From contig DLNB01000045.1 in assembly GCA_002479455.1 (NCBI GenBank), forward strand, positions 141 to 64,140: DNA of 64,000 nucleotides, written 5' to 3'. Below the pieces are notes generated by a model. That model was not told the DNA's origin. It searched no databases and was given only the letters and a program-made list of their open reading frames with translations. The translations under genes were made by a program, and so were the position numbers. The stretch is from Acetothermia bacterium UBA7521 (GTDB lineage Bacteria; Bipolaricaulota; Bipolaricaulia; Bipolaricaulales; Bipolaricaulaceae). Positions 18,126 through 25,952 of the stretch are shown piece by piece (the first letter of the stretch is position 1; every line of letters begins with the position of its first letter).

Positions 18126-19002
18126 AACGGGCACCGTCGCAGTGGTCGGCCGGACGAACGTCGGCAAGTCCACGTTCATCAACGCCGTCGTCGGCCGGAA
18201 GGTGGTCATCGTCTCCTCGCGGCCCCAGACGACGCGGAACCGCATCCGCTGCATCCTCACCACCCCCGACGCCCAGGTCGTGTTCGTGGACACGCCCGGT
18301 CTCCACCAGCCGGTGAACAAGCTGTCCGCTCGGCTCCAGCGGGAAGCGCTGCGCTCCCTCGCCGGGCTGGATGCGGTCGCGTACATGGTCGAGCCGAGCG
18401 GGCAGGTGGACTCCTACGACGCCCTGATGCTGTCCCGCATTCAGACGCTGCCCTGCCCGAAGATCCTTCTCGTGAACAAGAGCGATCAGGCCCGGGGGAA
18501 CGCCCTCCCCGAGACCCTCCTCGCCTACGACCGGCTGGAGATGTTCTCGGACATCGTGCCCATCTCCTCGACCAAGGGCACCAACCTCGATCGGGCCCTC
18601 GCCGTGATCATCGGCCACCTTCCGGAGGGCACGCCCGCCTACGAAGAGGGAGTGTCCACCGACCGCCCGCTCGCGTTCGTCGCCGCGGAAACCGTGCGCG
18701 AGAAGGTGTACGCGGAGACCTACCAGGAGCTCCCGTACGCGACCGCGGTCACCATCGAGGAGATCGAGGAGCGAGCCGATCCGCCGCTCACGTCAATCTA
18801 CGCCACGGTGGTCGTGGCCAAGGAGTCGCAGAAGGCGATCGTCATCGGGAGCCGCGGCGCGAAGCTGAAGGAGATCGGGACCCAAGCCCGGGTGGACTTG
18901 GAGAACCTCCTCGGCCACAAGGTGTTCCTCTCCCTTCACGTGAAGGTGAAGCCTAAGTGGACGGAGGACGAGGCCGAGGTCGCCCGCCTCACCGGCGACT
19001 GA
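18115..19002 (+). CDS. era: GTPase Era
   Basis: G1 motif GRTNVGKST, DTPG, NKSD and a C-terminal KH domain. Confidence 0.9.
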   Translation: MSYRTGTVAVVGRTNVGKSTFINAVVGRKVVIVSSRPQTTRNRIRCILTTPDAQVVFVDTPGLHQPVNKLSARLQREALRSLAGLDAVAYMVEPSGQVDSYDALMLSRIQTLPCPKILLVNKSDQARGNALPETLLAYDRLEMFSDIVPISSTKGTNLDRALAVIIGHLPEGTPAYEEGVSTDRPLAFVAAETVREKVYAETYQELPYATAVTIEEIEERADPPLTSIYATVVVAKESQKAIVIGSRGAKLKEIGTQARVDLENLLGHKVFLSLHVKVKPKWTEDEAEVARLTGD

Positions 19003-19040
19003 AGCGCAGGCAACGCGTCCGCGGAACCTTCGGCCGAGGA

Positions 19041-19146
19041 CTCGTTGCCCGTCGTCCGTTACCCGTGGTCCGTAATCCTGTTGCCCCGTCGAACCGGGCC
19101 GATACGGTCCGCGGATCACGGACAACGGATCACAGATCTCTGTGCC
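19041..19146. repeat. ~107-nt palindromic CCGT-rich dispersed repeat, copy A
   Basis: About 85% identical by hand alignment to the reverse complement of 25810-25916. Internally self-complementary: TCCGTTACCCGTGGTCCG pairs with CGGATCACGGACAACGGA at 16 of 18 positions. Intergenic between era and glnS. Confidence 0.8.
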
Positions 19147-19201
19147 GTAGGTCCGCGGACACCGGGTTCTCCCAGGGGTCGACTGGGGTAAGATCGCCTC
19201 C

Positions 19202-20905
19202 ATGCCCAGCGACGTGACCGAGCCGGTGGACTTCATCCGCGAGATCATCCGCGACGACCTCCAGACGGGGAGGTTCGACCGGGTGCACACCCGGTTCCCC
19301 CCCGAGCCGAACGCCTACCTCCACATCGGCCACGCCCAGGCGATCCTCCTCAGCTACGGGATCGCCCAGGAGTTCGGGGGCAAGTTCAACCTCCGCTTCG
19401 ATGACACGAACCCGGAGAAGGAAAGCCTCGAGTATGTGGAGGCGATCAAGCACGACGCGCGCTGGCTGGGGGCGGACTGGGAGGATCGCGAGTTCTACGC
19501 CTCGGACTACTTCGAGCAGCTCTACCGGTGGGCCGAGGAGCTCATCCGCAAGGGTGTGGCCTACGTATGCGACCTGTCCCCGGAGGAGCTGAGCCAGACC
19601 CGCGGCCAGCCGATCCGCGACGGAGACCGCGTTATCACCCCACCAGGGGTGGAGAGTCCGTACCGAAACCGGTCTGTGGAGAAAAACCTCGACCTGTTCC
19701 GTCGGATGCGGGCCGGCGAGTTCCCCACCGGGGCCAAGACCCTGCGCGCCAAGATCGACATGGCCCACCCCAACCTCAACATGCGCGACCCGGTCATGTA
19801 CCGGATCCTCCACGCCTGCCACCACCGCACCGGTGATGCGTGGTGCATCTACCCGAGCTACGACTGGGCGCACGGGCAGTCGGACTCGATCGAGGGGATC
19901 ACCCACTCCATCTGCACCCTGGAGTTCGAGAACCACCGCCCGCTGTACGACTGGTTCCTCGACCAGCTCGGCGTGCACCATCCCCGGCAGATCGAGTTCG
20001 CGCGGCTCAACCTGACCTACACCATGACGAGCAAGCGGCGCCTGCTCCGCCTTGTCCAGGAGGGGCACGCCCGAGGACTCGACGACCCCCGGGTGCCGAC
20101 GATCGCTGGGATCCGCCGCCGCGGGTACACGCCGGAAGCGATCGCCGACTTCGTCCGCCGGATCGGCGTTTCCAAGTCCGAGAGCGTCCGCGAAATCGAG
20201 CTTCTCGAACACTGCCTGCGGGATGACCTGAACAGGCGCGCCCCGCGGCGGATGGCGGTTCTGGAGCCCCTGAAGCTCGTGATCACGAACTACCCGGAGG
20301 GAAAGGTCGACCAGTTCGACGCGGTGAACAACCCCGAGGACCCCGCGTACGGAACGCGGAGGGTCCCGTTTTCCCGGGAGATTTGGATCGAGCGGGAGGA
20401 CTTCATGGAGAGCCCCGTGTCCGGGTTCTTTCGCCTCGCCCCGGGGCGGGAGGTGCGCCTTCGCTACGCGTACCTCGTGAAGTGCGTGGACGTCGTGAAG
20501 GATGGGTCGGGGAGGGTGGTCGAGGTCCGCTGCACCTACGACCCGGTGACGCGGGGGGGCGATGCCCCCGACGGGCGGAAGGTGAAGGCGACCCTGCACT
20601 GGGTGTCCGCCCGTCATGCCGTGGACGGCGAGGTCCGGCTCTACGACCGGCTGTTCACCGTCTCCGATCCCCTCGACGTGCCGGAGGGAGAGGACTGGAT
20701 CGCCAACGTGAACCCGAGCTCCCTCGTCGTGCTCACGGGCTGCAAGCTCGAACCGAGCCTGGCCGAGGTCGAGCCGGGGGAGCGGTTCCAGTTCGAGCGC
20801 AAAGGGTACTTCTGCGTGGACCCCGACAGCCGGCCCGGGGTGCCCGTGTTCAACCGCACCACCACCCTCCGCGACACCTGGGCCAAGGTTCAAGGACGGG
20901 CGTAG
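19202..20905 (+). CDS. glnS: glutamine--tRNA ligase
   Basis: Class I HIGH motif (LHIGHA) within [43 protein letters not shown], which is typical of GlnRS. MTSKR is the KMSKS-like motif. Confidence 0.9.
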   Translation: MPSDVTEPVDFIREIIRDDLQTGRFDRVHTRFPPEPNAYLHIGHAQAILLSYGIAQEFGGKFNLRFDDTNPEKESLEYVEAIKHDARWLGADWEDREFYASDYFEQLYRWAEELIRKGVAYVCDLSPEELSQTRGQPIRDGDRVITPPGVESPYRNRSVEKNLDLFRRMRAGEFPTGAKTLRAKIDMAHPNLNMRDPVMYRILHACHHRTGDAWCIYPSYDWAHGQSDSIEGITHSICTLEFENHRPLYDWFLDQLGVHHPRQIEFARLNLTYTMTSKRRLLRLVQEGHARGLDDPRVPTIAGIRRRGYTPEAIADFVRRIGVSKSESVREIELLEHCLRDDLNRRAPRRMAVLEPLKLVITNYPEGKVDQFDAVNNPEDPAYGTRRVPFSREIWIEREDFMESPVSGFFRLAPGREVRLRYAYLVKCVDVVKDGSGRVVEVRCTYDPVTRGGDAPDGRKVKATLHWVSARHAVDGEVRLYDRLFTVSDPLDVPEGEDWIANVNPSSLVVLTGCKLEPSLAEVEPGERFQFERKGYFCVDPDSRPGVPVFNRTTTLRDTWAKVQGRA

Positions 20906-20939
20906 CACAGCGCCCCGCCCAACGGGGGATCAACAGGAC

Positions 20940-20968
20940 TTGACCATCACCCCAAGTGTTGCTACTAT
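20940..20968 (+). promoter_or_regulatory. candidate sigma-70 promoter of the regulator/ABC/peptide/radical-SAM operon
   Basis: TTGACC-17 nt-TACTAT, located 32 nt upstream of ATG 21000. Confidence 0.5.
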
Positions 20969-20979
20969 CCTACGTATAT

Positions 20980-20991
20980 CCGTAACTACGG
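20980..20991. promoter_or_regulatory. perfect palindrome CCGTAACTACGG (operator candidate) abutting the RBS
   Basis: CCGTA-AC-TACGG lies between the -10 box and GGAGGA (20990-20995). The half-site resembles the CCGTA/TACGG motifs of the dispersed repeat. Confidence 0.35.
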
Positions 20992-20999
20992 AGGACAAC

Positions 21000-21593
21000 A
21001 TGGCGTTGAAGTGGGACCTGGGGCACCTGGAGGCCGAACTCCGCCAGCTGGCCGATGCCCTTGCTGGCCTCCAGCGAGGGACCTTTGCACCTGATGAGCA
21101 GGCCACGGCCGCTCTGGTGGCGGCCACCCCGCCCTCGGGAATCGGCGGGGTGGTGGCCGAAGCCTTGCGGTCGTTGCAGGTGAGACTTGGGGAGAGGGAG
21201 GGCGTTCAGGTCCTCATCGTCGGAATCCGCCGCGGGCCGGAAGGTCGGGCCACCACCTGGTGCGAGCATTTCTCCGACGAGGCTGTCCCCAAGGTCTTAC
21301 GGGACCCAGGACTCCTCCGTACCCTCGAGCTCGTCGCCCACGGGGAGAGGCTGCGCCTCCTGTGGGCACTGGCCTCGGGGGCCACGGGGTCGGCGGAGGC
21401 CATGGACCGGAGCGGTCTCTCCCAAGGCCAGTTCTACCACCACCTCAGGGCCCTCGAGGCGGCGGGCATGGTGCGCAAGGTCACCCGCGACCTGTACGAA
21501 CCCACGATCCACGGGACCTCCGCCCTCTTCACCATCCTCGCTGCCTTGGCCTACATCGGGCACGGAGAGCCAGCGGAGGGGGAGGAGGAATGA
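21000..21593 (+). CDS. ArsR-like winged-helix transcriptional regulator with an uncharacterised N-terminal domain
   Basis: The start is taken at ATG 21000 (GGAGGA 5 nt upstream). The C-terminal segment LLRTLELVAHGERLRLLWALASG..SAEAMDRSGLSQGQFYHHLRALEAAGMVRK is an ArsR/SmtB-type wHTH. Confidence 0.7.
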   Translation: MALKWDLGHLEAELRQLADALAGLQRGTFAPDEQATAALVAATPPSGIGGVVAEALRSLQVRLGEREGVQVLIVGIRRGPEGRATTWCEHFSDEAVPKVLRDPGLLRTLELVAHGERLRLLWALASGATGSAEAMDRSGLSQGQFYHHLRALEAAGMVRKVTRDLYEPTIHGTSALFTILAALAYIGHGEPAEGEEE

Positions 21594-23320
21594 AGGGCTC
21601 GCTGGCGCGATTCTTCGCGCGGTTCATCCTCCCCCGGTGGGGGCAGGGCCTGACCCTCCTCGGCCTCATGGTCGCCTCCACCGCCGTCACGTTTCCCATC
21701 CCGCTTGTGGTGAGACTGATCATCGACCGGGTCATCCCCCAGGGCCGGGTCGACCTCCTAGCGGGGTGGGGGGCAGGGCTGGTGTTCCTCGTGGCCCTCC
21801 AGGCCGGGCTGGCCTACGCCACCCAGTACCGGACGGTGGTCATGCAGGAACGGCTGCTCTTGGACGTCCAGGTGGCGCTCTTGGACCATGTACTGCAGTT
21901 GCCCCACGCGTTCTTCCAGGAGCGGCAGGTGGGGTACCTCATGGCCCGGATCCGCAGTGACCCCGCGGTGGCCAAGGACTTCCTCTTCGGAGGCCTGAAC
22001 CTGGCCAGCGACGCCCTGTTCGTTGCCGTGGGCGCGGGGCTCCTCCTCTACCTCGATTGGCGGATGGCGCTCCTGGCGCTGGCAATCCTGCCCGCGTTGG
22101 CGCTTGCTTCCAAACGGCTGAACACGCGGATGGGGGAGTTCTGTCGGGATATCCAAGAAGGAGACGCGCGGGTATCCCAGGAACTGGGAGAGGGACTGAA
22201 CGCTGCCCTCACCGCCCGCCTATTCGGCCTGCGCTCGTGGATTGCCGACCGGGTATCGGGGGCGTTCACGTTCCTTCAGGAGGCCAACGTGCGCACGAAC
22301 ACTTTCGCAGCTGCGGCCGGAGGGGTGCTCACGTTCATCACCGGTGTCGGGCCGATGCTCCTCGTCGCCATCGGTGGGTATGGTGTGATCCGGGGCCAGC
22401 TCACCCTGGGTACAGTGATCGCCTTCATGACCCTCCTCAGTTATCTCTATAGGCCTACACAGAGCATGATTACCACCCGACTGAACCTTGAGCGGGCCAA
22501 GGTCGCCGCGGAGCGGGTGCTGGAGCTTCTCGACAAGGAGCCCGAGGACAACAGAGGTATCTCCCTGCCCGCGCCGACAGGACGTATCGAGGTTAGGGAC
22601 CTCTCCTTCGCCTACCCCAACGGGAAGGCGGCCCTGCGGCATGTCGCCCTCCGTGTCGAGCCAGCAGAATGGGTAGCCCTGGTGGGGCACACCGGCTCCG
22701 GGAAGTCCACCTTGCTTTCCCTCCTCCTGCGGCTGTTTCCCATTCCGGAAGGGACGATCTGGGTCGACGGCCAGGACGTCGCACAGCTTTCCTTGTCTTC
22801 CCTCCGCCGCGAGGTCCTTCTGGTCAGCCAGGATGTATTCCTGTTCTCTGGGACGGTGCTAGAGAACGTCCGTCTCGCCCGCGCGAGGGTCACCGACGAG
22901 GAGGCGATCGCGGTGGCCCAGGCGCTGGGAGCGGACGGGTTCATCCGCGGGCTGCCCGATGGGTACAGGACGCTGGTGGGGGAGCGGGGAGCGAAGCTCT
23001 CCGGCGGGCAGCGCCAGCTGATCGCCCTGGCCCGCGCCGTACTCCGGCGGCCGAAGGTCCTGCTCCTCGACGAGGGCACTTCCGCCTTGGACTCCGAGTC
23101 CGAAGCGAGAGTACTCCAGGCCATCCGAACCCTCTTGCCGACGACCACAGTGACCCTGGCGGCGCACCGATTGTCCACGGTGTGGGCCGCAGACCGGATC
23201 GTGGTCCTCAAGGATGGGCGCGTAGTGCAGGAAGGCCGACACGATGAGCTCTTTGCTGCGCCGGGCGAGTACCGGGAGGTGTTCGCCGAGCAGCTGGTGG
23301 GGGCGAAGGAGGAACAGTGA
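21590..23320 (+). CDS. ABC exporter, fused 6-TM permease plus ATPase (MsbA/bacteriocin-exporter type, no peptidase domain)
   Basis: The start is taken at ATG 21590 (ATGA overlap with the regulator stop). Walker A GHTGSGKST, signature LSGGQRQ, Walker B LLLDEGTSALD. The N-terminal half is hydrophobic. Confidence 0.85.
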   Translation: MKGSLARFFARFILPRWGQGLTLLGLMVASTAVTFPIPLVVRLIIDRVIPQGRVDLLAGWGAGLVFLVALQAGLAYATQYRTVVMQERLLLDVQVALLDHVLQLPHAFFQERQVGYLMARIRSDPAVAKDFLFGGLNLASDALFVAVGAGLLLYLDWRMALLALAILPALALASKRLNTRMGEFCRDIQEGDARVSQELGEGLNAALTARLFGLRSWIADRVSGAFTFLQEANVRTNTFAAAAGGVLTFITGVGPMLLVAIGGYGVIRGQLTLGTVIAFMTLLSYLYRPTQSMITTRLNLERAKVAAERVLELLDKEPEDNRGISLPAPTGRIEVRDLSFAYPNGKAALRHVALRVEPAEWVALVGHTGSGKSTLLSLLLRLFPIPEGTIWVDGQDVAQLSLSSLRREVLLVSQDVFLFSGTVLENVRLARARVTDEEAIAVAQALGADGFIRGLPDGYRTLVGERGAKLSGGQRQLIALARAVLRRPKVLLLDEGTSALDSESEARVLQAIRTLLPTTTVTLAAHRLSTVWAADRIVVLKDGRVVQEGRHDELFAAPGEYREVFAEQLVGAKEEQ

Positions 23321-23520
23321 GCTTCAAGATCGTGCTGGAAGTCGGCGGGGCTGACGTCTTCCGCCTCTGCCCATGCAGTTGTGAGCCCGGGGCAGGGAGG
23401 GGAGCAGGCGAAGGAAGGTCCGCCAGAAGATACCAGAAATCCGGGATGTGGGGCAATACCCGGCGCCCCTGTTCTTTGGGAGAGAAGACTCGCTCGAAGA
23501 AGCCTACCGAAAGGAGGTGA
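23317..23520 (+). CDS. possible second (paralogous or decayed) Cys-rich precursor-like ORF
   Basis: GTG overlaps the ABC stop (GTGA). MSFKIVLEVGGADVFRLCPCSCEPGAGRGAGEG... parallels the downstream peptide (FRIV..., CKCGCGC, AGGAGGGEG). The long Arg-rich tail after GEG looks non-functional. Confidence 0.3.
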   Translation: MSFKIVLEVGGADVFRLCPCSCEPGAGRGAGEGRSARRYQKSGMWGNTRRPCSLGEKTRSKKPTERR

Positions 23521-23525
23521 AGACC

Positions 23526-23654
23526 ATGGAGAAATTCAGGATTGTGCATGCAGCAAGCCCGATTCCTGGGCCACAGCCCATGGGCTGCAAGTGCGGCTGC
23601 GGGTGCGCTGGCGGCGCAGGGGGAGGAGAGGGCTCGGGAGACCTCCCGTTCTAG
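23526..23654 (+). CDS. Cys-rich RiPP precursor peptide candidate (42 aa; 68 aa if GTG 23448 is used)
   Basis: AAAGGAGGTG lies 6 nt upstream of the ATG. The peptide is MEKFRIVHAASPIPGPQPMGCKCGCGCAGGAGGGEGSGDLPF and sits immediately upstream of an RRE-rSAM-SPASM gene. Confidence 0.7.
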   Translation: MEKFRIVHAASPIPGPQPMGCKCGCGCAGGAGGGEGSGDLPF

Positions 23655-23750
23655 CCTAGGCGGATCTCCCTACAAGGACGAGTAACAGCAGATGGGGGCG
23701 CCGGGTGTTTCTCAAAGGAGGGAGACCTGAACTACAAGCTGCGCTCGACC

Positions 23751-25085
23751 GTGATCCATCAGGTGCGGCGAGGCTGGCATTTGTTCTGGGATCAGGAAAC
23801 CGTCGCGTGGACCCTCACGGACGACACGGGAGCATCTGCGCTCGAGTCCCTGCGACGTCCCCAGACCGTGCACCAAGTTGCTGTCAAGCTCGCAATGCAG
23901 ACCGGCTACAGCGTCTCTGACGTTCGCCCAGAGGTCGCCCGCCTCATTGATTCGGCGGTGAGGTGCGGGGTGGTCGAGGCGGATCGTGAACCCCGTCGAG
24001 CCCCTGAACCCACCGCGACCGACTGTGCTCCCCACCCTGCGTTTCTCTATCTCCACCTCACCTCAAGGTGCAATCTCCGGTGTTCTTACTGCTATGCGTC
24101 CCCTGGGCCCAACAAGGAGCGCGAAGGACGTGACATTCCCTTTGAGGTGGCCCGCGAGGTCCTTCATCAAGCCCAGGGCCTCGGTGTGGAGAACGTGGTC
24201 ATCACGGGCGGGGAACCGCTCCTTCACCCCCGGGCCGTGGAGCTTATTGAGGAGGCCAAGCGGTTGGGGTACCGGGTGAACCTTCTGACCAATGGCCTAC
24301 GGATCGAGCGTCCGGTCGCGTGGCGGTCGGCAATAGCCTGTGAGCAAGTCACCATCAGTCTGGATTCGGCGGACCCGACGCTCCACGACCTCCACCGTGG
24401 GCACGGCAGCCATAGGCGCGCATCCAGGGCGATCGCCGTCCTCCGCAAGGTCGGGTTCTGCCACGTGGTGGCCGCAGGGGTGCTTACGCGTCACAACCAA
24501 CACGAACGCCACGAGGACTTCGAGACCTACGCAAGGAGCCTGGGTGCGGAAAGGGTATCCCGGGCGCCGTACATCCTACAAGGGGATGCCCGTGATGCAT
24601 GGCTGCGTCCCCACTTTGCCTCCTTCTTGGCCCGTCTGCGGCAGGAACTCGACGTCGCGATCGAACGGGCCCGGCCTCGGGAGGAAAGGCCTGGCTTGGT
24701 CTGGCGGGACCGGTGTGGTGCGGCGTTCGGGGTGGTGGCCATCGGCGCCGACGGAGTGGTCTACCCGTGTCAAGGCCTGATGCGCCCGGAGTTCGCCGCC
24801 GGCAGCCTCCGAGAGGAGCCGCTGGAGAGGATCTACACGCAGGCACCGGTCCTCACCGAGTTCCGGGCGATCACGGTCGCGGACATCCCCGGATGCAGCC
24901 GTTGTGCGTACCGTTTCCTCTGCGGCGGAGGGTGTCGGGCGCTGGCCTATAACGTCACCCGCGACATCACCGCTCCGATCCCGGGGGAGTACTGCGCCCT
25001 CGCCCAACTCCTCGCCCAGTGGCGGCTGTGGGGGACAGCACTCGGCCAGATGCCCCTCTCGGCTCCTGCTGAGGTGCCGCTCTAG
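23751..25085 (+). CDS. radical SAM/SPASM peptide maturase with an N-terminal PqqD-like (RRE) domain
   Basis: CNLRCSYC (CX3CX2C) and GGEP. The SPASM motif is C...GADGVVYPC...CSRCAYRFLCGGGC (CX2CX5CX3C). The first ~90 aa (W.L....G..ALESL....TVHQVAVKLA...GYSVSDVRPEVARLIDSAVRCGVV) look like a PqqD/RRE domain. The start is uncertain: GTG 23751, or CTG 23727 at ideal spacing from GGAGGGAG. Confidence 0.85.
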   Translation: MIHQVRRGWHLFWDQETVAWTLTDDTGASALESLRRPQTVHQVAVKLAMQTGYSVSDVRPEVARLIDSAVRCGVVEADREPRRAPEPTATDCAPHPAFLYLHLTSRCNLRCSYCYASPGPNKEREGRDIPFEVAREVLHQAQGLGVENVVITGGEPLLHPRAVELIEEAKRLGYRVNLLTNGLRIERPVAWRSAIACEQVTISLDSADPTLHDLHRGHGSHRRASRAIAVLRKVGFCHVVAAGVLTRHNQHERHEDFETYARSLGAERVSRAPYILQGDARDAWLRPHFASFLARLRQELDVAIERARPREERPGLVWRDRCGAAFGVVAIGADGVVYPCQGLMRPEFAAGSLREEPLERIYTQAPVLTEFRAITVADIPGCSRCAYRFLCGGGCRALAYNVTRDITAPIPGEYCALAQLLAQWRLWGTALGQMPLSAPAEVPL

Positions 25086-25103
25086 CCAGCCCCTCGCAGC
25101 TCC

Positions 25104-25119
25104 GCCCGTTGTCACGGGC
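25104..25119 (+). terminator. GC hairpin after the maturase gene (weak terminator candidate, no T-tract)
   Basis: GCCCGT-TGTC-ACGGGC, 19 nt after the stop codon. Confidence 0.3.
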
Positions 25120-25160
25120 CCGCTCGGACGGGGACAGTGGCACGCTATGCTTCCCCCCGC

Positions 25161-25265
25161 ATGGAACTGCGCGAGGATTCGGTGATCGAGCCGGTCCGGG
25201 AAGGCGCGAGCTACCAGACCTACGAGTGGCCCTGTTCAAGGCGAACGGAAGTCACAGCAGCTTGA
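25161..25265 (+). pseudogene. orphan 5' fragment homologous to the start of the GNAT gene at 25953
   Basis: 25144-25230 aligns to 25936-26022 at roughly 85% identity, covering the RBS region plus MELREDSVIEPVREGASY versus MELRDDLVIEPVRDGAGY. The frame then diverges and ends inside the hicA 3' end. Confidence 0.65.
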
Positions 25266-25497
25266 GCCGTTTCAGATCCGCCTCGGTCCAGCTGAGGTCG
25301 TCCAGGATTGCCTGCAGGGTTCGGAGAGGGAACGTATCGCCAGGACGCCGGTACACGATCACCGCGCGTCGTCCATCTCGCGGGTTATGGTAGACCCGAT
25401 GGCTCCCTCGTTGCCGGTCGAGCAAGAACCCATCCCGCTCCAACGCAGCACAGAGTTCCCGGACGGTGATCATTCGCAGTTCGGGAGGGACCCTCAT
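25252..25497 (-). CDS. hicA: HicA-family mRNA interferase toxin
   Basis: ITVRELCAALERDGFLLDRQRGSHRVYHNP...RAVIVYRRPGDTFPLRTLQAILDDL matches the HicA (YcfA) pattern. ATGA overlap with the hicB stop. Confidence 0.85.
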   Translation of the reverse strand: MRVPPELRMITVRELCAALERDGFLLDRQRGSHRVYHNPRDGRRAVIVYRRPGDTFPLRTLQAILDDLSWTEADLKRLKLL

Positions 25498-25739
25498 ACC
25501 GTGACGGTGAGGGCCTCCTCTTGGGTCGAGGGAAGGTGCTCAGGGCCCTCCACGGGAATCGGGTCGCCGTGCGCGAGCATGGACTCGATATAAGCGGCAG
25601 CGGCTTCTCGGATGTTGACGAGCGCCTCATCCCGGGTGGCTCCCCAGGAATGACAGCCACGAAGCGCCGGGCAGTAGGCGTGGAACCCGCCTTCATCCGG
25701 TTCCAAAACGACACGAACGCGAAACGTCACCTGTGCCAT
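25494..25739 (-). CDS. hicB: HicB-family antitoxin (UPF0150 domain only)
   Basis: The start is taken at internal ATG 25739. MAQVTFRVRVVLEPDEGGFHAYCPALRGCHSWGATRDEALVNIREAAAAYIE is the classic HicB N-terminal fold. Confidence 0.8.
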   Translation of the reverse strand: MAQVTFRVRVVLEPDEGGFHAYCPALRGCHSWGATRDEALVNIREAAAAYIESMLAHGDPIPVEGPEHLPSTQEEALTVTV

Positions 25740-25809
25740 CCCCTCCAGACGAAGTATAGCAGGCCGCTGCTCGGAGGGAGGCAAGAGAAGACTTGGCTCG
25801 GCAGCGCGA

Positions 25810-25916
25810 GGCACAGAGATCCGTGATCCCGTTGTCCGTAATCCGCGGTCCGTATGAGCCCCGTCCGACCGAGCAGGAGAATTGCGGACCACGGGCTACG
25901 GACGACGGGCAACGAG
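25810..25916. repeat. ~107-nt palindromic CCGT-rich dispersed repeat, copy B (inverted relative to copy A)
   Basis: The reverse complement CTCGTTGCCCGTCGTCCGTAGCCCGTGGTCCGCAAT...ACGGACCGCGGATTACGGACAACGGGATCACGGATCTCTGTGCC aligns with 19041-19146. Confidence 0.8.
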
Positions 25917-25952
25917 CGAAGCCGGGGAAGGGGCGGCTATACTTCCCCCCGC

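Noticed and set aside
19130-20908. Very long antisense ORFs opposite real genes. Examples are 19130-20908(-) opposite glnS, 88-810(+), 11902-13275(+), 34433-36259(+), 43661-45220(-) and 62486-63691(-).
   Set aside because: Their translations are Arg/Gly/Pro/His-rich low-complexity strings without motifs. The opposite strand in each case encodes a clearly recognisable protein. These are typical shadow ORFs of GC-rich DNA.
23705-23920. 71-aa ORF starting at GTG 23705 just after the strong RBS-like GGAGGGAG, as an extra small gene between precursor and maturase.
   Set aside because: Its translation (…RPELQAALDRDPSGAARLAFVLGSGNRRVDPHGRHG…) is featureless and overlaps out of frame with the clearly RRE-like N-terminus of the maturase. 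Also, the GTG lies upstream of, not downstream from, the RBS.
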